Positions 26,704 through 35,805 of a DNA stretch of 63,592 nucleotides are shown here, one piece after another. The DNA is taken from assembly GCA_039808785.1 (NCBI GenBank), contig JBDHTT010000001.1, forward strand, positions 1 through 63,592. The letters run 5' to 3'. The notes under the pieces were generated by a model. It did no database searches. It saw nothing but the letters and a program-made list of their open reading frames with translations, and was not told where the DNA came from. The translations under genes were made by a program, and so were the position numbers. Origin of the DNA: Alphaproteobacteria bacterium. GTDB lineage: Bacteria; Pseudomonadota; Alphaproteobacteria; Micavibrionales; Micavibrionaceae. Numbering within the stretch: position 1 is the stretch's first letter; every line of letters starts with the position of its first letter.

Positions 26704-27988
26704 CGATTTGGGAGATGACCTGGAAGATGAGCGCGAGGATGAAAGCGAGGATGATCGCGGGGACGAATCCGAAAGCGGTGAAGATTTATTCGGCGGTGAT
26801 TTTGCCGCGCCCGGGTCTTACGCCCAAAATTTTGAACATGAGGATTTGGACGCACATAAACTCTGCGAATCACGCGCCAACCGTCATCTGATCGGACATA
26901 CGGAACTAGAACAGCAATTGCTGCAAATGATTGAAATTGGCCGACTTCCCCACGGGTTGATTTTTTCAGGACCGAGCGGCGTAGGAAAAAGCGTGATGGC
27001 CTACCGGCTTGCGCGATTTTTGCTTGCGGGATTGGGGGATACTTCATCACCGGAGCCAACCATGTTCGGGGATTTATTGCCCCCTGCCCCCCGCCCGAAA
27101 AATCTGGAAGTTGCACAAAGCCACGCTGTTTTCGCACAGGTTGCAAGCGGCGGGCACCCTGATTTGCTCAGCATCACACGATTAAAAGATGAAGCCACAG
27201 GCGGACTCAAAGCCAGCCTTCAGGTGGACGAAATCAGAAAAATCGCCCCGTTTTTCCGCCGCACCGCCGCGAATGAAGGCGGATGGCGCATTGTTATCAT
27301 TGATGATGCCGATACCATGACGCGATCATCGCAAAATTCATTGTTAAAAATTTTAGAGGAACCGCCAGAAAAATCGCTCATCATCCTCATCACTCACCGC
27401 GCCGGCGCCCTTCTCCCCACGATTTATTCGCGCGTCCATCACATGATTTTTTCACCGCTAGGGGACGAAGATATCAAATCCGCTTTGCGCCATAAAATTG
27501 ACTCCACAATCTTGCCCCCTGCACTCTTACCCAATGTCTTAAATATCGCCGAAGGATCATTGGGCCGCGCGCTTCAATTTGCCGATGCTGAAAAGATAGA
27601 AATTTTACAAACCATCCTGAATATTTTTTCTCTTTTCCCTCACTGGCAATGGTCGGATATTTTGAATATGGCCGAGCTGTGGGGCAGTAAATCTCATAAT
27701 GAGTCCTTGCAACTTTTCAAAGATATTATCCTCTATTTTGTGCGTGCCGCCATTCGCCGCAGCGCATTACAAGGACCTGAAGATCACGAGGCATTCAATC
27801 CAACCGGGCAAACCGCACACCACCACGAACCAGATTTCGTATGGCGACTTGCTCAATCCTTCCCGCTCAACCAACTCCTCAATTTATATGATGAGTTGCA
27901 AGATCATTTCCTGCGGTGTCAAGTTGGCAACCTTGACAAAAAATTCATTATTTTGGGAGCGTTTACGGTGTTTGAAAAAATATTGTGA
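26693..27988 (+). CDS. holB: DNA polymerase III subunit delta-prime with an acidic N-terminal extension
   Basis: LIGHTELEQQLLQMIEIGRLPHGLIFSGPSGVGKSVMAYRLARFLL and IVIIDDADTMTRSSQNSLLKILEEPP. The ATG at 26693 (MLFDDLGDD..) overlaps the tmk stop by 11 nt. The ORF track start at 26630 lies inside tmk. Confidence 0.8.
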   Translation: MLFDDLGDDLEDEREDESEDDRGDESESGEDLFGGDFAAPGSYAQNFEHEDLDAHKLCESRANRHLIGHTELEQQLLQMIEIGRLPHGLIFSGPSGVGKSVMAYRLARFLLAGLGDTSSPEPTMFGDLLPPAPRPKNLEVAQSHAVFAQVASGGHPDLLSITRLKDEATGGLKASLQVDEIRKIAPFFRRTAANEGGWRIVIIDDADTMTRSSQNSLLKILEEPPEKSLIILITHRAGALLPTIYSRVHHMIFSPLGDEDIKSALRHKIDSTILPPALLPNVLNIAEGSLGRALQFADAEKIEILQTILNIFSLFPHWQWSDILNMAELWGSKSHNESLQLFKDIILYFVRAAIRRSALQGPEDHEAFNPTGQTAHHHEPDFVWRLAQSFPLNQLLNLYDELQDHFLRCQVGNLDKKFIILGAFTVFEKIL

Positions 27989-28114
27989 ACAAACGAAACA
28001 CTTCATGATGCTTTAAAATATTTTTAAACTTTTATCCGCACCATAAAACTGCCAACTTAGCCTAAGGATGTAGTGGTGCACCACAACACGTTGTCAAACC
28101 TCAAGGATATGGAT

Positions 28115-28249
28115 TCATAAAATAGAGGAGATATGATTGAGTGGTGATGGAGGTATCACCTTGCGTGCCTGCGACACATTCCCCAGTTGCTTGGCCAATT
28201 CCAAAACACCCAACTTCGGTTTGATGATCTTTTCTTGATAGCTACTCAT
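28115..28249 (-). pseudogene. Transposase N-terminal relic (IS481-family-like HTH), about 30 homologous codons
   Basis: The minus-strand mini-ORF MSSYQEKIIKPKLGVLELAKQLGNVSQARKV.. resembles the KxKLGLLELAxxLGNVSQACKxMG N-terminus I associate with IS481-family transposases. Homology is lost after about 30 aa and a stop follows at codon 45. Confidence 0.4.
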
Positions 28250-28317
28250 GATGACATTCCTGTCTTCTTTCTCATCAGTTTGTATCAGAATGTCAGATCA
28301 AATGTTAATTAATACAG

Positions 28318-29226
28318 CTAATTCAAATAGTCATGTAAATTAAGATTTAGAATGCGGACAGAGGCCGAGTATGAGGCCTCGATTTGCGTTTGCACCTCGG
28401 TCAGCAGGACAGAAGCCGAAGGGATGTCGGCCTCTTTAATGCTTGAAACCAACTCACTTAAATTAACTTTATCCTTATCATTTTGATCAACTTGATTTTG
28501 CAATGTATTAGCATCAAGCGACAAAGTTCCTTGAATGGTGGCCATCCCGTCAATGGCTTGGCGAATCAAAGCAGATGCTTCTTGTAGGGCAGTTTTATTG
28601 CTGGGGTTATTATAGGCCAAATTATAACTGCGTAGGAGCTGTTCAAACGCCGGATTGCTGGCCAACACACCATAGGTCACAGTCATGCTTTCCGATGATT
28701 GCACACTGTTGATCGTAGAGTTTCCTTGATAATAAGATGAGTTTGCAGTGGAGGGTGTTGTCTGTGGCACCCAGGCCGGATCGGTTAAATCCACAGGCGC
28801 AGTTTCAATATCACTTCCCGAAAATAAATAACGATTGCCAATTTTAAGATTAAGCAGGGATTGGGTTTCTTGTAACGCATTATCGGCCTGGGCCTGTGTT
28901 ACCGTGGGGTCCACAATATCTCCACCCAAGGCGGCAGTGAGGGCGGTAATCATACTATTGGCCAGATCAATCATTTGCCCCACCGAATCAAACATGGTGT
29001 TGACATGCGCAAGCACTGTGTTGGAATTTCCAGTATAGGTGGTAAGGCGCCGCGCGACGCTCTCAAGTGAGAGAAGATTCTGAGAATCCGTGGCAATCCC
29101 CTTATAATCCTGTGATTTCAGGCCGGAGCTGATTTGCGTATTGACATCGGCATACTTGGTTTGCAGACGCATGTTATCGGCAATCATTTGATTGGTGAAT
29201 GGATAGGTCGCGACACGATTAACCAT
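28318..29226 (-). CDS. flgL: Flagellar hook-associated protein 3 (hook-filament junction, flagellin-like)
   Basis: 302 aa. Flagellin-type N-terminus (MVNRVATYPFTNQMIADNMRLQTKYADVNTQISSGLK) and C-terminus (EADIPSASVLLTEVQTQIEASYSASVRILNLNLHDYL). Sits directly downstream of flgK. Confidence 0.8.
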   Translation of the reverse strand: MVNRVATYPFTNQMIADNMRLQTKYADVNTQISSGLKSQDYKGIATDSQNLLSLESVARRLTTYTGNSNTVLAHVNTMFDSVGQMIDLANSMITALTAALGGDIVDPTVTQAQADNALQETQSLLNLKIGNRYLFSGSDIETAPVDLTDPAWVPQTTPSTANSSYYQGNSTINSVQSSESMTVTYGVLASNPAFEQLLRSYNLAYNNPSNKTALQEASALIRQAIDGMATIQGTLSLDANTLQNQVDQNDKDKVNLSELVSSIKEADIPSASVLLTEVQTQIEASYSASVRILNLNLHDYLN

Positions 29227-29244
29227 GATATTCTCCTAATTCTT

Positions 29245-30984
29245 CTACCTCATCGCATTGATCAAATCATCCAACATTTTTTGAATGGTGGAAACAACTT
29301 GGGCAGCGGCTGCATACTGATTCTGATACACCAACATTTTCGCCGTTTCTTCATCAATATTGACCCCAGACACACTAGTGAGCATGTCGCTACTGGCTTT
29401 ATAGACTGTTTGTGCCGTATCACTTTCACTTTGTGCAATGCTTGCTTGGTTGGCAGCATTGGCAATATAGGCTTGGGCATATCCCAACAACGTATTGGAT
29501 TGCGCCGCAAAATTTCCGGCGGCTGCGAAACTATTGCTTGAGATCAGCATATTGGCCAGTGCGTCAGCTACCGACCCATCTCCCTTCGCTACACCGCGAT
29601 CGCCAACCGCCAAGGTTGCACTGGAACTCAGAACACCCGTGCTCAGATAATCGGGATTAGACAGAAGGTAGCTAGAGATCTGAATATCCTCTGCACTTGT
29701 CCCCACAAAGAGATCATTGAGCCCGAAATATTGTGAGAAACTTTCGTTTGATGAACTCGTGACTTGGCTGCCAAGCGGGTTGATGACAACACCGTTGGAT
29801 AATGGCATCACAGCCAAATTCAACTGTCCCGAAGAATTCAATGTGGCCGTTAATCCGGGAACAGTGTTGAGCGCAGTCAACACATCATTGACCGTGGTCA
29901 TCGCAGCCAAATTGATATCGGAATAATTTTGGATGGTGCCGTTCCCATCCGTAATCGCCACACGAATCGTGCCTGTGGCGGTAAAGGCCGTGCCAGCCGT
30001 CAACCCTGCGAGCGACCCCGTCATCACGTTGCGCGGCGGGTTGGAAGCACCGGTGTTGAGCAAAGTATTCACCTGAGCTTGCAGGACGCTCGCCAGCTCA
30101 TTGAGCTTTTCTTGCTCATCAACATAGGTCTGGTCACGCAATTGAATATTGGCGCCGATATTGCCGTCCACAATCGAATTGGTGATGTCAACCCCATCCA
30201 AATTAATGGCGGAAAACCCGGTCGGATACGTAATTGACCCATTGACGATATTGGTCACGTTGTAACTTAAATGATGAACATCGGAAAGCAGCAACGCCTG
30301 ACCCGCCGATGTATAAATCTGCATGATGTTATTGCTGTTGTAAAAATACTGAATATTCATTTCCGCCGAAAGTTTTTGAATTTCAGTATTCCGCTGATCT
30401 TCATATTCCGCCATGCTCGCATCTTGGGCATGGGTGGAAGCGATTTTGTTATTCAGCGCATCAATTCGATCCAAAATTGCATTTACATTATCAATGGATG
30501 TTGCAATTTTTTTCTCGGCTTCTACTCTCTGGGTTTGAATGGTGTCAGACATACCGCGTAACGACCCCGCCAGATAATTCGCGGTACTTACAGTATCCGC
30601 TTTATTTGAAGCCACTTCAGGCGTGGTGGACAGAGCCTTCAGTGATGAATACATATGATCAATATAAGTGCTCAAACTATTATTACCGTCCGCACTTCCC
30701 AACTGAGTATTGTAATAGTTGAGCGACTGGCTCACTGTACTGGCCTTGCTATAGGTACTCGTATCATCGGAAAGGGCCTTGGTTAGAAAAGCGTTGCCTG
30801 ACCCAACGACCAAACCGGATACAGGCACCGACCCGATATTGGTCGTGATATAACGTGTATCGAGCGATTTGCGGGTATAACCTTCCTTATCCGCATTGGT
30901 AATATTCTGAGATGACAAGTTGGTTTTGAGCTCTGTCGTCATCATCCCGCTGAGGGTCATATTCAGGGCGCTGGTTAATGCCAT
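29245..30984 (-). CDS. flgK: Flagellar hook-associated protein 1
   Basis: 579 aa. N-terminus MALTSALNMTLSGMMTTELKTNLSSQNITNADKEGYTRK and C-terminus SGVNIDEETAKMLVYQNQYAAAAQVVSTIQKMLDDLI are both FlgK hallmarks. Confidence 0.88.
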   Translation of the reverse strand: MALTSALNMTLSGMMTTELKTNLSSQNITNADKEGYTRKSLDTRYITTNIGSVPVSGLVVGSGNAFLTKALSDDTSTYSKASTVSQSLNYYNTQLGSADGNNSLSTYIDHMYSSLKALSTTPEVASNKADTVSTANYLAGSLRGMSDTIQTQRVEAEKKIATSIDNVNAILDRIDALNNKIASTHAQDASMAEYEDQRNTEIQKLSAEMNIQYFYNSNNIMQIYTSAGQALLLSDVHHLSYNVTNIVNGSITYPTGFSAINLDGVDITNSIVDGNIGANIQLRDQTYVDEQEKLNELASVLQAQVNTLLNTGASNPPRNVMTGSLAGLTAGTAFTATGTIRVAITDGNGTIQNYSDINLAAMTTVNDVLTALNTVPGLTATLNSSGQLNLAVMPLSNGVVINPLGSQVTSSSNESFSQYFGLNDLFVGTSAEDIQISSYLLSNPDYLSTGVLSSSATLAVGDRGVAKGDGSVADALANMLISSNSFAAAGNFAAQSNTLLGYAQAYIANAANQASIAQSESDTAQTVYKASSDMLTSVSGVNIDEETAKMLVYQNQYAAAAQVVSTIQKMLDDLINAMR

Positions 30985-31238
30985 GTTGCAAAGTCCTTAT
31001 GCGTGAAAACATTCAAAACATTATCGGCAGAATTTAAAAAATCGCGCAACAAAATTTCTAATTTTTGAGTAATATCATCGCGAATTTCTTGATCCATATC
31101 TCTCGTATTCATTGCACCCTCCATCTGTACACCCATCAAAAAATCTTGGTTTTCCATGACGTTCTTACTCTCCCTGCCCTCTTCCATCATTCTTTGCAAT
31201 ATTCTTGCCAATTTTTGATGATAAGGTGTTTTTGTCAT
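30975..31238 (-). CDS. Small hypothetical protein translationally coupled to flgK (possible flagellar chaperone)
   Basis: The ORF overlaps the flgK start by 10 nt and is acidic and helical-looking (MTKTPYHQKLARILQRMMEEG...). No family was recognised. The longer start at 31286 would run into the IS30 relic, so 31238 is preferred. No clear RBS. Confidence 0.3.
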   Translation of the reverse strand: MTKTPYHQKLARILQRMMEEGRESKNVMENQDFLMGVQMEGAMNTRDMDQEIRDDITQKLEILLRDFLNSADNVLNVFTHKDFATWH

Positions 31239-31271
31239 CAAAAAAGACTCGTTTTGGCTATTTTTCGGTAA

Positions 31272-31489
31272 AATCAAAGGCCGCATTCGCGGCTGATTGT
31301 CGATGGGGATCTGCGGTAAAGCTCTATTCGCTCTGTAATGTTGAGCTAACCATATCTTTTCCTTTCCATTGCAACTCCTGTATAAGGTATTGCACTTGAT
31401 CCGTGAACTTATACCCTTAAAGTACGTTTCGGAACGGTTCTCGAAAAAGCCGCAAAAATCCTGTGCCGCAGCGAGATTCTGAATAGGTT
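31272..31489 (-). mobile_element. IS30-like element left-end relic (terminal repeat, 5' UTR and the first 7 transposase codons)
   Basis: 31284-31415 repeats 558-705 with a 13-nt deletion and a stop after MERKRYG. 31416-31489 continues to a terminus (..CTGAATAGGTT). This stretch is the best match to both arms of the MITE at 47170-47311. Confidence 0.65.
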
Positions 31490-31559
31490 GTATAACGTCA
31501 ATCTTGAAATTTTAATTTTTTCTGCTATACTGAATGATGTCGGATTTATCTGACTATGA

Positions 31560-31955
31560 TGCTAAACGCTTTGTGAAATAGGCGTCGTGGACCCGGGGGC
31601 AGTGCCCGGCGGCTCCACCATAAGCTGAGAGGTTATAGTGGGGAGGGCGAATCGCCCTTGGGTGGTTTAAACTCCCCACTCGCGCCTCTCATCTTACGAT
31701 GGGGCCGAAACAGGATCGACACGCGTAATAAAGATAGAGTCTGTATCCGTTTGAGGTACGGTCGTATCCGTCCAAATTTGATAAATGCAAATGATAATGC
31801 AAAAACCGTAGTTGCCGCCAATGACAACGTCTTCGTTGCCGCTGAGGAAAAAGCCGCTGCTTAATTGCACCGGTAAAACTACATAATCCCTCTTGCATCA
31901 GCGAGGGGTGGGGCGCGGGGCGGCCTAGCAACAGAACCGCCCCGATTTTATTTTA
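31560..31955 (+). ncRNA. ssrA: Two-piece (circularly permuted) tmRNA
   Basis: The acceptor piece ends CCGGG-GGCAGTG-CCCGG-CGGCTCCACCA at 31620. The coding piece starts GGGGCCGAAACAGGATCGAC at 31701. GGGGCCG pairs with CGGCTCC, including a G3:U wobble (Ala identity). The tag reading frame 31817-31864 encodes ANDNVFVAAEEKAAA plus stop. The terminator hairpin is GGGGCGG/CCGCCCC (31917-31943) followed by GATTTTATTTT. The 5' boundary of the acceptor piece is approximate. Confidence 0.8.
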
Positions 31956-32073
31956 AATCTCTACTTGGAATACTGAACTCTTGGGCGTTGTCACTTCGGG
32001 CCTAGCGTAGTCTCCTTCTGCTTCGTCGCTTGAGCCGTCACCAGCAATTCAGTCTTCCTAGTATCCATCATTC

Positions 32074-33384
32074 CTACCCAGTGCTTTTTTCCAGGGATTT
32101 TTCGATGATAAAATCGGCATGGGCGATGTAGGGCGCATAATCAAAGATTTTATCAAAGTCGGAGTGTGTGAGCTTGGTTGAGACGTCTTTATCCGCTTCT
32201 AAAAGCGCGCGCAATGTCGTGTGGCCATTGGATTTCCATACCTCCATCGCGTTGCGTTGAACAATCCGATAGGCGTCTTCGCGGGAAATTCCCGCCTGAG
32301 TGAGGGCCAGCAAAGTGCGTTGGGAAAACACCAATCCGCCCATGATTTCCAGATTGTGCATCATGCGGTCAGGATAGATCAAAAGATTTTCAATCACATT
32401 GGCCAAACGATTGAGCGCAAAATCAAGCGCAATGCAGGTATCGGGCGCCATGACCCGTTCCACCGCCGAATGCGAAATATCGCGTTCATGCCAGAGTGCT
32501 ACGTTTTCCAGCGCAGGCGTTACCGCCGCCCGCACAATCCGCGCCAAACCCGTCAAATTTTCGGTCAAAATCGGGTTGCGTTTATGCGGCATGGCCGAGG
32601 AACCTTTTTGTTTTTCTGAGAAAAACTCTTCTACCTCCCGCACTTCGGTGCGTTGCAAATGGCGGATTTCAATCGCAAAATTTTCAATTGAGGAGGCTAT
32701 CACGCCAAGTGTGGCAAAAAACATCGCATGGCGATCGCGCGGAATGACCTGGGTTGACACGGTCTCAGGCATAAGGCCCAATTTCTGCGCCACATAATTT
32801 TCAATGTCGGGGGAAACGGTGGCATAGGTGCCCACCGCGCCCGAAATTGCGCAGATTGAGATTTCCCGTTGAGCCAGTTCCAGCCGCGCGCGTGCGCGGG
32901 CAAAGGCCGCATAATGCCCCGCCAATTTTACGCCAAAACTGGTGGGTTCGGCATGGATTCCGTGGCTCCGGCCAATGCACAGCGTATGTTTATGCGCCAA
33001 AATTTTTTGCCGAAGTGCGGTCAAAATTTTATCGATCCCCCCCAATAATAGATTTGCCGCCTCGCGCAATTGGACAGAGAATGTGGTATCCAGCACATCG
33101 GATGACGTCATGCCCTGATGCATAAATCGGGCTTCGTCGCCCACATATTCGGCGACATTGGTTAAAAACGCGATGACATCATGTTTGACTTCGCGTTCAA
33201 TTTCTTCAATTCGTTCGGCGTTGAATTGTCCGCGTTCGCGCAAAGCCTTGGCCACCCCGGGGGGGATAATTCCCACCTGTTCCATTGCTTCGGCGGCGAG
33301 GGTTTCAACCTCTAACATAATTGCAAATTTATGGTCATTGTCCCATATGCGGGCCATATCGGGTCGGGTATAACGCGGTATCAT
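32074..33384 (-). CDS. purB: Adenylosuccinate lyase
   Basis: MIPRYTRPDMARIWDNDHKF..., the fumarate-lyase signature GSSAMPHKRNP, and 436 aa in length. Confidence 0.92.
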   Translation of the reverse strand: MIPRYTRPDMARIWDNDHKFAIMLEVETLAAEAMEQVGIIPPGVAKALRERGQFNAERIEEIEREVKHDVIAFLTNVAEYVGDEARFMHQGMTSSDVLDTTFSVQLREAANLLLGGIDKILTALRQKILAHKHTLCIGRSHGIHAEPTSFGVKLAGHYAAFARARARLELAQREISICAISGAVGTYATVSPDIENYVAQKLGLMPETVSTQVIPRDRHAMFFATLGVIASSIENFAIEIRHLQRTEVREVEEFFSEKQKGSSAMPHKRNPILTENLTGLARIVRAAVTPALENVALWHERDISHSAVERVMAPDTCIALDFALNRLANVIENLLIYPDRMMHNLEIMGGLVFSQRTLLALTQAGISREDAYRIVQRNAMEVWKSNGHTTLRALLEADKDVSTKLTHSDFDKIFDYAPYIAHADFIIEKSLEKSTG

Positions 33385-34094
33385 TCGGGAAAAAGTCCTT
33401 TGTTTTTCATAGAGGTTATGCCGCTCTTGGCCACGATCAGGTGATCATGAATCACGATCCCCAAGGGGCGGGCGGCGTTGATGATGTGAAGGGTGAGATC
33501 AATATCCGCGCGGCTGGGGGTTGAATCTCCGCTTGGGTGATTATGCACCAAAATAATCGCAGTGGCGGATAGTTCAAGCGCGCGTTTGACAATCTCACGC
33601 GGGTAGGCCGGCGTATGGTCCACAGTCCCTGATTGCTGGATTTCATCGGCGATCAGCTGGTTTTTTTTATTGAGGAAAAGAATGCGAAAATGCTCCTTTT
33701 TCTCATGGGCCATCGTGGCCTGAAGATAATCCAGCAAACGTGGCCAATTATTCAAGACAGGTTGATTAAGTACATCCTGTTTCATCATTTGGAACGCTGC
33801 GGCGCGGATAATTTTCAGTGCGGTGATGGAATTATCACTTAAACCGTTGAGGCGTAAATCCTCCGGGCTCGCATGGAACAGTGCGCTAATTGTGCCGAAT
33901 TTTTTCAGCAATGATTTGGCAAGCGGCTTTACATCACGGCGCGGAATGGCCATGAATAAAATGAGTTCGAGCAATTCATACTCCGCCAAACCATCAACCC
34001 CGCCCGCCAAAAACCGATCCCGCAAGCGGTCACGATGCCCCTTATAATGAGGGTCTTTACCCGGCGCATCGGCTTGATGTGGAGAAAGATTCAT
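33381..34094 (-). CDS. radC: RadC-family JAB-domain protein
   Basis: HYKGHRDRLRDRFL..., HhH-like ELLELILFMAIPRRDVKPLAKSLL and the JAMM motif ILVHNHPSGDSTPSRADI. Confidence 0.85.
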   Translation of the reverse strand: MNLSPHQADAPGKDPHYKGHRDRLRDRFLAGGVDGLAEYELLELILFMAIPRRDVKPLAKSLLKKFGTISALFHASPEDLRLNGLSDNSITALKIIRAAAFQMMKQDVLNQPVLNNWPRLLDYLQATMAHEKKEHFRILFLNKKNQLIADEIQQSGTVDHTPAYPREIVKRALELSATAIILVHNHPSGDSTPSRADIDLTLHIINAARPLGIVIHDHLIVAKSGITSMKNKGLFPE

Positions 34095-34948
34095 CCCTGT
34101 GACCCCTGATAAGGCGGTTTGGTGAGGCCAATGGGCGAGAGGGTGAAAATCTCAAACCCGGTTTCGGTCACGGCCAGGGAATGCTCAAACTGTGCCGATA
34201 ACCCCTTATCCCGCGTGACGGCGGTCCATCCATCGGCCAGCGTTTTGGTTTCATAGGTGCCGGTGTTGATCATCGGCTCAATCGTAAAGAACATGCCGGG
34301 TTCCAGAACAATCCCGTCACTATGAGGATCATAATAATGCAAAACCTGAGGTGCCGCATGGAACGTTTGCCCCAGACCGTGGCCGCAGAAATCGCGCACC
34401 ACTGAAAATTTTTCACCCTCGGCGATGTGTTGAATGACCTTGCCGATATCGCCCAATCGGGCGCCAGGTCTTACGGTTTCAATTGCCGCCATCATTGATT
34501 GATAAGTGATATCAATCAATTTGCGCGCCTTGATATTGGTGTCACCCGCAATATACATACGGCTGGTATCGCCATACCAACCATCCAGAATCACTGTAAC
34601 ATCGATGTTGATGATATCGCCCTTCATTAATTTTTTGGGGCCAGGAATGCCGTGACACACAACATGATTGATCGATGTACAGATGGATTTTGGAAATCCG
34701 CGATAATTGAGTGGCGCAGGAATGGCCCCGTTTCCAACGATAAATTCATGGCAAATACGGTCCAGTTCCTCGGTTGTTACGCCCACACGCACATGATCGG
34801 TGATCATATCCAGCGTTTCCGCCGCCAATCGCCCTGCGCGGCGCATACCCTCAAACCCTTCGGGGCCATAAATGGGAATCCCATGACCGGTCATGCGCAA
34901 CGGCTTAACTGTCGTGGCGGAATTTTGTGAACTGAGCTGTTCTCTCAC
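34091..34948 (-). CDS. map: Type I methionine aminopeptidase
   Basis: SINHVVCHGIPG, DIINIDVTV, GHGLG.FH and FTIEPM metal-ligand motifs. Confidence 0.9.
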   Translation of the reverse strand: MREQLSSQNSATTVKPLRMTGHGIPIYGPEGFEGMRRAGRLAAETLDMITDHVRVGVTTEELDRICHEFIVGNGAIPAPLNYRGFPKSICTSINHVVCHGIPGPKKLMKGDIINIDVTVILDGWYGDTSRMYIAGDTNIKARKLIDITYQSMMAAIETVRPGARLGDIGKVIQHIAEGEKFSVVRDFCGHGLGQTFHAAPQVLHYYDPHSDGIVLEPGMFFTIEPMINTGTYETKTLADGWTAVTRDKGLSAQFEHSLAVTETGFEIFTLSPIGLTKPPYQGSQG

Positions 34949-35034
34949 TTGACCATACTCCTTAGACCCAATAAGATTTCATAAACGAAACCTAGGCATT
35001 ACCCTTAACCTATCTACAGAAATTTGGCAATATT

Positions 35035-35805
35035 ATGGTGCAAACCTATCGCGCGGCAATTTTAATCATTGGTAATGAAATCTTATCGGGACGAACCCAG
35101 GATACCAACACATCCTGGATCGCGACCAAATTATCCGAACGCGGCATAGAATTGTTTGAAGTGCGGGTGGTCCCCGATATCGAAGATCGGATCATCGCCG
35201 CGGTGAATGAATTGCGCGGGCGCGTGGATTACCTCTTTACCACCGGCGGCATCGGCCCCACCCATGATGATATCACCAGTGCCACCATGGCCAAATTATT
35301 CCAGCGCGACTTGGCCCTGAACCCCCAGGCCCGCACCATGCTGTTAAATCATTATAAGGCTGAATCAGAACTCACGCCTGCACGGCTGCGGATGGCGCAT
35401 ATCCCTCAGGGCGCTAGGTTGATCCCCAACCCGATTTCTGGTGCACCGGGATTTCAGGTTGAAAATGTCTATGTCATGGCCGGCGTGCCGAGCATTATGA
35501 AATGCATGTTGGATCATATTTTGCCTGAACTAAAGGGTGGTGACCCGATTCTCTGCAATTCGGTGACGTTTGATCTGGCTGAAAGCGTGATTGCCGAGGA
35601 ATTGGGGGAACTGCAGAAAATCCACCCGCAGGTAAATATCGGCAGCTACCCTTATCTGCGCGCGGGGGAGGTCGGCGTGTCCATCGTCCTGCGCAGCCCC
35701 GATAATGATCCGCTTCACCAGGCATCACTTGATGTAATTAATATGATCGAACGCAGCGGCGGGAAAATCCATGCCGCTTCACTTCAATCATCCGCGCCGG
35801 CCTAA
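35035..35805 (+). CDS. CinA-like molybdopterin-binding (MoCF_biosynth) domain protein
   Basis: AAILIIGNEILSGRTQDTNTSWIATKLSERGIEL ... LFTTGGIGPTHDDITS. Confidence 0.75.
   Translation: MVQTYRAAILIIGNEILSGRTQDTNTSWIATKLSERGIELFEVRVVPDIEDRIIAAVNELRGRVDYLFTTGGIGPTHDDITSATMAKLFQRDLALNPQARTMLLNHYKAESELTPARLRMAHIPQGARLIPNPISGAPGFQVENVYVMAGVPSIMKCMLDHILPELKGGDPILCNSVTFDLAESVIAEELGELQKIHPQVNIGSYPYLRAGEVGVSIVLRSPDNDPLHQASLDVINMIERSGGKIHAASLQSSAPA

Noticed and set aside
706-31271. The idea that the whole 30.6-kb segment between the two direct IS30-like relics is a genomic island.
   Set aside because: The content is largely core housekeeping (aroE, rnr, flhA, rppH, tmk, holB) with native-looking composition. 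Only the 8.4-21.4 kb part is compositionally deviant.
31956-32073. Possible att site or island junction downstream of ssrA (imperfect inverted repeat GGAATACTGAA .. TTCAGTCTTCC).
   Set aside because: No duplication of the tmRNA 3' end and no integrase were found. The next gene is purB. An 11-bp repeat with one mismatch is weak evidence.
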